DNA of 63,935 nucleotides, filler included, from Welwitschia mirabilis (lineage: Eukaryota), in the NCBI GenBank assembly GCA_051453625.1. It is 5 parts of one record of this genome, joined end to end, with 100 filler letters (N's around TTAATTAATTAA, not from the genome) between each part and the next. Parts side by side here need not be neighbours in the genome. Positions count along the whole stretch, not along the records: positions 1 to 24,245 come from JBOZIK010000001.1; positions 24,346 to 32,587 come from JBOZIK010000001.1; 3 more parts are not named here. One strand, 5' to 3'. Both the position numbers and the translations under genes were made by a program. How positions within the stretch are numbered: position 1 is the first letter of the stretch; every line of letters starts with the position of its first letter. The notes beneath the pieces were generated by a model that worked only from the letters and a program-made list of their open reading frames with translations, did no database searches and was not told the DNA's origin. Positions 13,201 to 24,700 of the stretch are shown in pieces.

Positions 13201-16200
13201 CTGGGTAATTTTGGTTGGAATTATTAGCTTACGGTAAAATGGATTCTTAGATATGTGAGGAGTACACAAATGGACTGCCTGTGTCTTGGCAAGGGTGATT
13301 GAAGCTTATATGATTTTGTAAATGCTAATTTTGCAGGGGATTTGAATAGTAGACGTTCCACCATAGATGATGCCTTTACATTTGGTGGAGGAGCACTTAG
13401 TTGGTTATCAGATTTTCAACCAGTGGTGATTTTGTCCACTATGGAGGCGGAGTATGCGGCTTTCACAAAGGCATGTAAAGAAGCGATTTGGTTGCATAGG
13501 TTTCTCAGGTCTCCTGGGTTGAAATAGAAGAATTTTTATCTATTTTGTGATAGTCCAAGTGCCATGCACTTGGCAAAGAATTCAACATTCCATGCAAGGA
13601 CAAAACACATTGACATCCGGTTTCATAGTGGTGGTGGAGAAGAATAACTTCTGCAAAGAAAAGCTTGGAATTGTAGTGATGTGAGCAAATGGCATTTGAG
13701 GCAATCCACCTCTCTTGTTCCCCTGGAGGCTTATCAGATTTGTCTTAAATGGGGAGAATTGTTGGATGTGAAGCCAAATCTCTTGTTANNNNNNNNNNNN
13801 NNNNNNNNNNNNNNNNNNNNNNNNNNNNNNNNNNNNNNNNNNNNNNNNNNNNNNNNNNNNNNNNNNNNNNNNNNNNNNNNNNNNNNNNNNNNNNNNNNNN
13901 NNNNNNNNNNNNNNNNNNNNNNNNNNNNNNNNNNNNNNNNNNNNNNNNNNNNNNNNNNNNNNNNNNNNNNNNNNNNNNNNNNNNNNNNNNNNNNNNNNNN
14001 NNNNNNNNNNNNNNNNNNNNNNNNNNNNNNNNNNNNNNNNNNNNNNNNNNNNNNNNNNNNNNNNNNNNNNNNNNNNNNNNNNNNNNNNNNNNNNNNNNNN
14101 NNNNNNNNNNNNNNNNNNNNNNNNNNNNNNNNNNNNNNNNNNNNNNNNNNNNNNNNNNNNNNNNNNNNNNNNNNNNNNNNNNNNNNNNNNNNNNNNNNNN
14201 NNNNNNNNNNNNNNNNNNNNNNNNCTTGGCAAAGAATTCAACATTCCATGCAAGGACAAAACACATTGACAGCCGGTTTCATAGTGGTGGTGGAGAAGAA
14301 TAACTTTTGCAAAGAAAAGCTTGGAATTGTAGTGACGTGAGCAAATGGCATTTGAGGCAATCCACCTCTCTTGTTCCCTTGGAGGCTTATCAGATTTGTC
14401 TTAAACGGGGAGAATTGTTGGATGTGAAGCCAAATCTCTTGTTATATTATTTATTCCCTTTGTGTTGTCTTTAAAAAGGTTGCAGCCCCCATCTCGCTAA
14501 ATAATAATTTAAAGAAACGGAAGGGTGTCTTGAGAAGGGCAGGTCAAAATTGGAGTTCTAGAAAATTTTTGGTTGTCATGTCAATGTAAAAATAGGGTTT
14601 CTATGCTAAAGGAAATCTATGAAAGGGGAATAGGGGAATGTTATATGCATTGATCAAGAGATAAGCAAGATTGGCTATTGAGGACGACCTGTGTCCTTAC
14701 CTTTTCATTTGCATAAGAGAGTTTTGCATTGCTTCTATGGCTTTTCCCCACCTTGGGGTTTTCCATGTTAAATTTGGTCTCTTGCTGATTGCCTTTTCTT
14801 TTTGCTCTGCCACATTTTCTAACACACGCTAATCCTCTTCAAGATCCTTACAGAAGAAGGCTGTTTTCACATCTAGCTGTTCCATTGTTGGATCTAAACA
14901 AGCTACCAATGACAAAACAATTCTGATAGAAGTATGCTTTATAATCGTGAAAGATAAAAGTAAAATCTATACCTCATTTTGTGCAAAGCCTTTTACCACC
15001 AATCTTGATTTGTATGTCTTACAAGCCATCAGAATTTGTTCTGATTTTGTAAATCCATTTGCTACACAAATTCTTCCTTCCCTTAGGGTAGGGCACAAGA
15101 TCCTAAGTCTGGGTTTTGTGTAGTGTTTTTATACTTCAATCATATCATTCTCCCATTTTTCTGTATCACATGAGAACCTTGCTTCTGCAAAAGTTTGAGG
15201 TTTTCCACCATCTATAATCAAAATACAATGCAAAGAAGGAAAATATACTTTTGATTATCTTGTAAAACAAGCGAAGCTCCAAACTGTTGTGAAGGAATCT
15301 CATTGATAGGCTAATATTCCTCCTCATCATCTTATTCACATTTTTCATTTTGGGCATTAAGTGGAAGTGTAGGGTTTTCAAAAGGAAGATCATCATGTTG
15401 GTTTTCTTCTTTTTCATCCTTTCAAAAAGGAACTATACTAAATTCTTTCTTGGGGAGGCTAGGATTAGATGTTCCTCCATTTTGATCCTCACCCTGCTTG
15501 GGATAATAAAAGGTATCTTCCCTAAAAGTCAAGTCTCTAGACCTAATCAGTAATTACCTATCCACAAGTAGCATCCTAGAGTTTATAAACTCTATCTTCA
15601 TTGTCATAGCCCACAAAAATAACCTTGCATTACTTGTCATCCATTTTGGATTGTTGTATTTCTGCAGATCCACATATGCTCTATAGCCAACACTTTTAAA
15701 TGTCGAGATGAAATAGACTTGCCCCTCCATAGAACTTCAGGATTTTGCCTCTCTATAGAACTTTAGGGTTTTGCCCAAAACATCTTGGAAAGAAAGTGCA
15801 CTAGGAATCATGCATGTACATCCTTTAAACAATGCTATGAAACCTCCTAGCATCACCGTTCTATTGTGGTGTTTCGGATTGTTAGCTAAATGAAGAATTC
15901 CCTTCTGCAGATATAAATCAACAAAGGCACGAGAGATGTGCTTTCCCTATTTTGAGTTAACAACTTTTTAACCTTTAACCTAGTTCACGTTTCTTCCAGA
16001 ACAAACACTTAATGTTTCTTCTGCAAGAAGCTCCTTCACTTTTGGTCTTCATGTGTCCATTTCCTCCACTTTGTGAGTATTCACTACCAACAACAAGAGC
16101 CTCACCTATGGAGTCCATGGATTGATCTTATTTGCGTTTGACAACTTCAAAATAATACTGTTTAAACTAGGGAGAGTTGCTGATGCTACTTTTAAGTTGG

Positions 16201-17262
16201 TACAAACAGTTTTGCATGAGTTAGGTAACAAACTGAGAATTGCAGCTACTCATCAAGCTCTCTGGAAAAGTCACTTGCAAATTATTTAATTGTAAGAATA
16301 GAGCATTCATATCATCCAAATGCATCTACAGTGAATACCACTCTTTTATCTTCATCGCAAAGGCTCTATTGATAGCATAGGACTGGTTTATTCTAGTGGG
16401 TTGGTTGTATCTCTCATTCAACAGAGAATGCATGTTCATGATTTCTTTGTGGGTTTGAAGTATGCTATTGTCAAGACGAGATTGAATAACATCAAGAGCT
16501 ATTATGTTAAGTCGACTCCATTAGTCATCAGGGTACATCTTCAAACAATCAATGTTAGATAGCTTAAAAGCTGCTGTTAGTTCAGCCTTCAGCTTGAAAA
16601 TAATGTTTCATCCTTCTCAATAAAGGGCATCTTTCATTAGGATTTTGTAGACACCCTAGTTTTTGGCTCCTACCAACTTACTTTACATTTGTACATGCTT
16701 CATTTTGCCTTTTCTGAAAACCTTGATGACACAATATGAGACTGTAGAATTGTAAAAACGCTAAAACTAAATTATACGGACACCAAATAGAAAACAAAGC
16801 AAGAGAAAACACACACAAACTCTATGCATCTGACACCACTTGTTGAAAAATCATATTACAAAACAAAGAAAACAAATAACAAAAGACAAAACGAGCAAGC
16901 AAAGCTACAAATTTATGTGGTTTATGTCCTTTCTCTACCCTCCTTCCATGAAGCAGTTTAGAACTCTTGTTATCAATGGAAGTGTCTAGGACACAGGCCG
17001 TCCTCAATAGCTGCACATTGACACTTAAGAGGAGCAAAAGAACCTTAACACACCTCTTCCAACTAGACATACTTCCCCTTGTATAACAAACATTAAGATT
17101 AAAACCATAATTGGATAACCCAACATTGAGCCCTTTTAACTAATTTTACTATGTTCGTACAGACAAGTAAAAAAAACATATTGGGATTACATGCAAAACA
17201 TCTTTTTTCATTACAAAAAGGAACAGAGGAGGCAATTAAAAATTTGATTTTAGACTAAAATA
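7217..17262 (-). mobile_element. Old Copia element with both LTRs, interrupted by a nested Copia
   Basis: LTRs at ~7217-7640 and 16841-~17262, PBS complement tctgacacca at 16829-16838, PPT complement at ~7641-7650. Gag relic at 16200-16700. RT is split: YKSRLVVKGFAQ...LDVKTAF (14850-15015) continues as NKSIYRLKQA (~8790-8820). Confidence 0.85.
8857..14824 (+). mobile_element. Full-length degenerate Copia (Tork-like) nested in the RT of the element above
   Basis: 5' LTR 8857-9271 (TG...CA) and PBS tggtatcagagc at 9274-9285. Gag knuckle CWFCKKKSH, integrase LELVYSHVCGPM, RT YKARVVVK and LKQAPRQW, RNaseH LSTMEAEY and HARTKHID. PPT ggggagaat, then 3' LTR 14416-14824. Confidence 0.92.
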
Positions 17263-19569
17263 TTTGTCATCTAAGCCAAGATGTTGGCATGTCCCTTTTT
17301 GTGCTATTTTACTTTGCTTTCTATCATCATTTTATGTTTGTTGTTAAGTTTATTTAAAATTTTTTTCGTTTTCCTTTTTCCTTTTTTTTTAAAGATCTTA
17401 TAAAAATCTTGGTGACCCTTGCATTGTTAGCAATAGGTGTCTTAGCTCTCTAAGACTATTTGTCTATTGCCTCCATGTACTTTTTGTTGCACCTTGTTTG
17501 TAATAAGGGCTTCACCAAAAAGAATCTGGCTTCTTGTAGCCTTAAGTTTTCTATGCGTTATATTGTTCATTCATAGTGTAGCATGATACGCCTTGCCTTG
17601 GCAAGTCATTTATGAGTTAGTTTCTTACACTCTAGGCTAGTCAGTTGCTTTGACTTGTGGGGTGCATAGTTAAAGCTTTTTTTTTTTTTTCAAAAAAATA
17701 TTAAAAGCTCGACTCATTGAGCTTAGTGACTCTGTGCACGTTGGTCTGTCATAACAGCTGGCAGATACTAGGCTAGAGAACCAGCTGATTGCAAGTTAGA
17801 TATCAAAATTATTTTACTTTATGCAAAAGAGAGCCAAAAATTTAAAATTTATTTTTGTTTAAGATTTTTTTAAAAAATTTTTTGAAAAAGGGGCCTCCTA
17901 GAGTATACAAAAAACGAAGATATAATTCAAAATGAGATTTAGACATCTCATTCTGCGTGTTTAATTGGGTTTTGGCTGTTTGAGTTTCAAAAATAATCTG
18001 TATGTTTGACATATACATAACCTTATGCATTGGGTTAAAGTTTGACTTTGTGGAAATGCATAATCATAAGACTATTATGAATGATACATGTTATGTATAA
18101 TACATACATATTACTGCATTACTTTTGTCATTTGTTCACTTGAACTTTAGCCTTTTGTCTTTACTTCCAAACTTGAATTTAAAGACGTTAAACATTAGAG
18201 ATTGTACCTCTTTGCATATGCAATTGGTTTTTGAGTCAGAGTTTCACAGAAGGAATCGATATTGATTCTCTATTGAAGTATAACCCATGGCCTTTTCACT
18301 TATACAATTGGGTTTTTGCCTTTCTAGAATGCATATAAATGGCTTGTGTGTTTTGTTATTAAGTTTTTGATTAATTAAATGTATGCTTTCATTAAAAAAC
18401 ATCTATATTGCACTTAGTTTTTTTATTTTTTAAGTGTCTAAAAGCAATCTAATAATCATATGAATTCATATTGCTATTGTTGAAATGTGTTAATGTTACA
18501 TTTTGTACACTTAACTGAAAAATTCATCCATAAAACACTAATATGCTTTTGTTTCTCTTCTTTTGCTCTTTTTGACTCTTTTACAAGTCAAAATCAAGCA
18601 AGTCGACAAGTTAATGAGTCATGAGTCAAATTTTAGCTTTCTCGGCGCAAGTCGAATTTTGCTAAAAATGGTTATAAAAGTCTGATCTTCTTCTTTGTGT
18701 TTTGTCTGAAGAGCATGGTCTTTCGTATCCTAGGTCCATTATGTACATCAAACTTTCATGTTTATTGTGTCTGATATGTTTTCGTCTTACTCTAGTATTT
18801 TCATATTATTGAGATCTTCTTTTTGTTGCGTACTTTGCTAACTATAATTAATGCTCTTGGTTCCTTTTTTTAAAATTTTTCTAAATATCTGTTTAGTAAC
18901 GTGGGAATCACTATTATGTTATATGAAATTCTTATGTTGAGGACCAAGAAGTTGATTTATTTAGCCACATGTCTTAAAAGATGTCATAAGGATTAGCTGC
19001 TCTTTTGATGAGAAGAAACATAGCTAAAAAAATCAATTTAAGCTTTTGTCAAAAGATATTTCTAGCTTCACTATAACATCAACTTTGTTGCTTTAAGCAC
19101 AACTAAACAAATTAGTGTACACAAAGGGGAGGGTAATGATGAAGGGGGTGGGTACCAAGTCTGTTAGCCAAATAATGTATGTTTTCTAAATAACTATTTG
19201 TTGTCATACAGAACATCGTTGTTCCATTACATTATATTGATGACAACACCAATGGAATAAGCATAATTCACAATGAACCTAGCATTTAGTTGATGTCCTT
19301 CTATTGCATGGTAAGAAGATCCTATGCATATAACATTGGAGTTGATAAATCATCTACTTCAACTGACAACGCTTGATTGTGCAATATAAAGTAAAAAGTT
19401 TCTTTAAAATGTCAATTAGAAAAAGATCCTTTGGTTTATACGGTTTATAATTTAGGTTCCTTAATAATTAATATCATAATATGCATATAACAGTTTAATT
19501 TCTATGAGAAGAGAAATCATGACATACAGCACCCCTATTTACTTGAATCTTTTGTCAAAAACTGTTCAG

Positions 19570-19793
19570 GTGATTGGCTTGCACAGTGGTGCACTTCTTG
19601 GTGTTGCATATCGAACTTCGAGGCGAGTAAGTCCTAATACGGCAACAGCAATATCAACAATGCAATCTGGTATTATCTCAGGCATTGCTCCAGGTTCTAG
19701 CATGTTCTCATCTTTCTCAACTGCTGATGATTGGGGGTCATTTGGGGGAAGATCGCCAACAGCAGATTTACCATCAAATTTCCAGCTCTATAG
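19570..19793 (+). CDS. TWD40-2: TWD40-2 (TPLATE complex WD40 subunit), internal exon A
   Basis: Acceptor ttcag|GTG and donor TATAG|gtttt (phase 2). Encodes VIGLHSGALLGVAYRTSRRVSPNTATAISTMQS...PSNFQLY, matching the recalled AT5G24710 segment VIGLHGGALLGIGYRTSRRISPVAATAISTIQS...NYQLY. Confidence 0.9.
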
Positions 19794-20191
19794 GTTTTGA
19801 ATCTTCTTCATTATTTCCTGGCCAACATGTTAATTTTTCTTAGCATGTTTTAACTCTCAAATAATGACTTTGATTTTCAGTGTCAATGATGTTTAGCAAA
19901 TTTCTTAGGTCATGGCTAGTATGGTCAGCTTTGTATGTGTAGCCCTAAAGGATATTGGGATTAAAATTTTATCAAGATTTTCTCAATATCTTGATACATT
20001 AAATATGCCTTGACCTATCAGATGATTTTATTACTCCTTTTACATAGTAATTTAGAGGTTGATATTGATATGCCGTAGAGAGCTAAATTGTCATCTGTTT
20101 ATTTTTTTTCTTGCATGGTACATTCTGATGGATAATATGGCTAATAGAAAATTAAGAATTCACTGAAGCTATGATGTTCTATGTTTATCAG

Positions 20192-20410
20192 TTGGGAAAC
20201 ATTTAAAGCAGTAAGTGGACTTCTACCTCAACCCGAGTGGACTGCATGGGACCAGACTGTAGAATACTGTGCCTTTGCATATGAGAACAACGTTGTCATT
20301 GCTTCTTTGAGGCCTCAATTTCGGTTCGTGGGGGATGTAGCTATTTCCTCTGCAACTGGAGGTGTATGGCATCGACGGCAGCTTTTTGTTGTCACGCCTA
20401 CCACGATTGA
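20192..20410 (+). CDS. TWD40-2: TWD40-2 internal exon B
   Basis: Acceptor atcag|T completes codon AG+T (Ser); donor ATTGA|gtaagt (phase 2). Encodes SWETFKAVSGLLPQPEWTAWDQTVEYCAFAY...WHRRQLFVVTPTTIE. Confidence 0.93.
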
Positions 20411-21009
20411 GTAAGTTTTCATGTTCTCTGTGATTTTTATGTTTGAAATTGCATGATGTGTTATTTTTGTATAACATTATTCATTTCTTGTGGCTACAAA
20501 TTTTCTAACTGGTGACACATAATAAAGTTGCAGATTAAGAGTGGTATGGTTACTTCCCAGTTGCTTTCTAAATGTGTATTAAGCATGTGCAGTTGCATAC
20601 CTGCCCTTTCTACAGTGTGTTTAAGTTTTGCTTCTCTTATAGATGGGTTCAATAACAACTACTTAAGCTCTAGCTCGTTGGTATACTTGCATTCTTGTGG
20701 ATAAAGTTTTTGCTTCACAAAGGAGATGACATCTGTTGTTATTCTAGAACCAATGCAAGTATCTTTCAGATAATTATCATACATAGTGCAACTACTGGAT
20801 CATAACAAACTAATGAAGCTCCAGCAAAACATGACCAAAGGAAATTATCAGAAACAATATCTTATTTGGTTATTTTGCACATTTATAAAACGATACAAAC
20901 TTTTAATAAAGTAAATAGATAAGAAGGTAAATTTACTCTAGTTTATTCTATTTGTTTTGATATGATTTTGTTAATTGGTATTCAATGACAAACTTGCATT
21001 TGTAATTGG

Positions 21010-21900
21010 TAATTGATGTGTTAACATATTACAACAAATTAATTGAGAAATTAATCAAATGGAAAGCAGACTTGAAAAATCATGTTGTCATTTACCTTTC
21101 TTGGTAACTCCTGAAGGCCTTTATGGTTTCAAAGATTCCAAAATTTCCTCAAAGTCTGCCTTGACACATGAAAGCCTATCTAAGTGCTACAAATCATAAA
21201 GCCTTGAGGCATCATAGATCCAACTTTTATCGGGATTTCTGTTGGGCCATTTTCGAGTTTGTTTAGAAACTATTATGGTCAATTATTCTGCAAATCTTTT
21301 AGTATGTCCTAGACCTTAACAATTCTAAGTGTTTCATACTCCAAGACTGGTATCTAATTCTTTGTTAAGCAACTTTCTGTCTTCGATCCCTTAAGGACCA
21401 AGACTAATGGTGTTAAACTTGTTCTTTCCAATTTACTTTTGCTAGACCTCAATTTTCCTCTTGATGTCTAATAAAGTAGATTGACAAAGATAGATGAAGT
21501 AGCTTGTAAGACAAAGTATATTTGATAATGGATAAGTATGATGTTGTTATTGTGCAATTATCGAACCAATTCTTTAAGTGAGAATTTCTAGTCTTTAGTT
21601 GTAGCCCTATGAAAACTTTTCCTTAGCTGAGCATACATGATTAAACACACTTTGACTCTTGAAAAATGTGTGAATCTTTATGAGTAGCTTAGTCTTACAA
21701 AAGCTTCGAGAGAATGTCTGATGATGTGTGATAAAAAAATGCATAAGGAAATTGATTTGATAGGAATCAATGACTTCCGATTTGTGTTCAATGCAAGGCT
21801 TACAAGTGTCCAAGAGTTGATAGAGGTTCATGAACTTAGAATTGAAATTGAGGCCTTTTTGGTAAATCCCTAAATCATTGGAACATGAGCCTTAACTTGG
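21010..21900 (+). mobile_element. Probable L1 LINE ORF2 3' relic
   Basis: KLIEKLIKWK at ~21037-21066. 21610-21660 resembles 62190-62240 of the LINE; the antisense ORFs of both contain FNHVxxxEKFS. Confidence 0.4.
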
Positions 21901-23803
21901 TTCTTTGTCTTTTTCCTAAATTTAGCGTCTCCCCCAGTTAGTTATTTGTGAAATCTAGTAAATGATAGAGCATGCTTATTCCAGGGTTTTCCTTATCTAA
22001 CCATAAACTTTTGCCTATGTAAGTGACCCTAGGAAGGCTCCTATCCATTTTAGTTCTATGCATCACAACTAATGCATCACAACCCATTCACTTGTGCAGC
22101 ATCACAAGCATTGTTGGCTTGTTCGGGTTGTGGGTGCTTTAGGTGAGGAACTATGGCTAGCTGTGGCCTAGAACGCTGTTCTTGTATTGCAAAGCCAAGT
22201 TGTAAACTTTCCTATTTTGCTTTTCCTTTAGGCAACAACAAAGGTGAATCGCCTTTCGCATGGAGGTAGGTCATTTACCGAACTATATTAAATCTTGGTT
22301 TGTCTCGTCTCTTTTATTTTTTTGTGCTGCACACTCTTTTGCCATTGTTGTTCTCATATTTTGCCCTCAGCATTCTTCTGGTCCACAACTTTATGATCCA
22401 AGCTAGCTTTTGCATTATGCTAGTCCTTTGTTTTTTGCAACATACATCCACAACAAATATTCATCCTTGCATAACCAAATTTCTAACAAAATTATAGTGG
22501 ATTGGTGTTGCTTTTGCCATAGTATATGCATGGATGTTTGGTTGCCGAAGAGAAAACATTGGAGTGGGTGAAATTGTAGAAAGATATGAAACAACCTATA
22601 AAAAAGGGTAACATGTAGGAGCTCAATGAATTTGTGGAGTGATTAAACAAGGACTTACAAATATGTTTCTTCTTGTTGTTATAGATCAAAAGACAAACAT
22701 TTATCTATGCCATTTACGAGGGGGTTAAGCTAGGTGCAATGATTCATAGTGAGGACAAGTGTAGCATAAAGTAAGATAAACTAATGCAAATAGAAACAAA
22801 AACAAAAGAACACAAGATATTTAATGAGGTTTAGCCCTTTTCTAGCCTATTGCCTTGGGAAAGTAGTGTTGAAGTCTTATTAGCAGACAAAAACTTCAGA
22901 GAATATAGATAGATGTGAAGTATCCCACACCTTCACCCTCAAACCAACCCTAACTACCTCCTAACCACAATATTCTCTTTTTTTAATTATCATTATTATT
23001 ATTTTTAATAATCACTTCAAGGTGCTTTTATAGTCAATTCACCTTTGGCTTCACATGACAAGATTCTTCCACTTGAAGACAAAGTCGTCAACCCTTAAGG
23101 ATAACCTCCATTTCCAACACTGCAAGAGGTGCACTACTTTTCATGCCCCTCTGATTAAGTAATTGCTAATCTGGCTCTTTTCTTGTAGAAGGAGTTCTTC
23201 TCTATTGTGACTATCTTGGCCAAGTCATTCACTACATTCTTCCAACTGTGAACTGTGGTTACTTGCAACATAGCTTTATTAATAGCTTTCATAATGAAAT
23301 GGTATGAAATATCAATATGTTTTGTACAAGGATGAGAAGCTGCATTTTTAGCCAAGCATATGACACACTAACTATCACATAATACATGCTTCCTCTTTTG
23401 TTTAGAAACAAACCATTAGAGAAGATATTTGGACCATAACATTTCCTTTGTTGTCTTTGTGAGAGCAATGCATTCAACCTCTCTAGGGAAGAAGGAAATA
23501 TCTTTGTGGAGATGTGATAACTAACTTTGTGCACTAGCACCAAGGATAAAGACATAAGTAAGTGGTGGATCTTTAAATGTCTACAACTTACAAAGTTTGC
23601 ATCTACAAGACTAGTAGCATGACATCCGTCTTCTTAAAAACAAAAGAACAAGAAGTGGTGGCCCATTTAATTATTGAAGTATCCACTTCACTGTTTCCTA
23701 ATGCTTAGGACTAGAATTGCCTATATATTGAGAGAAAACTCCTAGAATTGCTTATATATTGAGAGAAAATGCCTATGACATATGATATGTTTGGATAGGT
23801 ATA

Positions 23804-24245
23804 TGTTAATAATAGCAACAAAATATAGCAGAAATAGAAAGCAAAATAGCACATAGGAATTTTATGTGGAAACCCCAATGTGAGGAAAACGACGAAAGGA
23901 ATGCAGAGCTCTCTTAAGATTGCAAAATAGGGCAAGGATACAAGCTGTCCTCAATAGCCAAAGAGTGTTCAGAATGATCCTCCCTCAATGCCCTTCCCTT
24001 TAGATAGGCCCACTTTAGGTTAAAATCTAATTTTACATTGACTTTATAAAATAACCCCCTCTCCCTTTAACAACACGAGAACGGAAACACACTTTGCAAA
24101 TAAAGTGCTACAGCAAGGGAAAAATAAAATACGAAAGAGAATTTGACTTCAACTCCAACCATACTCCCCTTTGAAGACAATTCTGACTAGCCTCCAAGGA
24201 TCAAGAGAGATGTATTACTTCAAAGTGTCCCTTTGCTAGCCACTG
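23804..24245 (-). mobile_element. Nested Copia 3' LTR plus PPT, truncated by a gap
   Basis: TG start at 23804 inside the host RT (TYPNISYVIG). Family LTR motifs tttatgtggaaacccc and tttgacttca. PPT complement actccccttt near 24163. Confidence 0.7.
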
Positions 24246-24345
24246 NNNNNNNNNNNNNNNNNNNNNNNNNNNNNNNNNNNNNNNNNNNNTTAATTAATTA
24301 ANNNNNNNNNNNNNNNNNNNNNNNNNNNNNNNNNNNNNNNNNNNN
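24246..24345. other. Artificial scaffold linker N44-TTAATTAATTAA-N44 (also 32588-32687, 55933-56032, 62703-62802)
   Basis: Identical 100-bp layout four times; the 12-mer has stop codons in all six frames. Confidence 0.95.
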
Positions 24346-24700
24346 AAAAGGAGAAAAATATGACATTCAAATCAGATCAAAACTGATTTTCAACCTGCCT
24401 TATCAAGGCATACAAAATGAGATGAGGACAAGGACAAAAGGAGGAGAAAAATATGGCATTCGAATCAGATCAAAACTGATTTTCAACCTTCCTTATCAAG
24501 GCATACAAAATGGAATGATGATAAGCACAAAAGAAGTTAACTAAAATTGTGACTGACAATGGCATGCTACAAAGTTAAAATGGAGCTCTCAGCTTTGACA
24601 CTTTTGATGATGGTTCTATTTTGTCTTTCTACAGTACAACTCCATTCTGTTAGGGTGTATCAAGGATTGTTTTTTTATGAACAATTTGTGGTTCCCAACA
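24346..24700. repeat. Repeat fragment with an internal ~75-bp direct duplication; inverted copy at 55860-55912
   Basis: 24346-24420 is nearly repeated at 24437-24512. aactaaaattgtgactgacaatggcatgctacaaagttaaaatggagctctc (24539-24590) is the near reverse complement of 55861-55912. Confidence 0.7.

Noticed and set aside
13760..13788. Apparent third LTR of the 8857-14824 element
   Set aside because: It is part of the duplicated gap flank (13570-13788 equals 14225-14445), most likely an assembly overlap.
17667..18670. Possible hAT-derived MITE with gactc/gagtc subterminal motifs
   Set aside because: TIRs and an 8-bp TSD could not be established.
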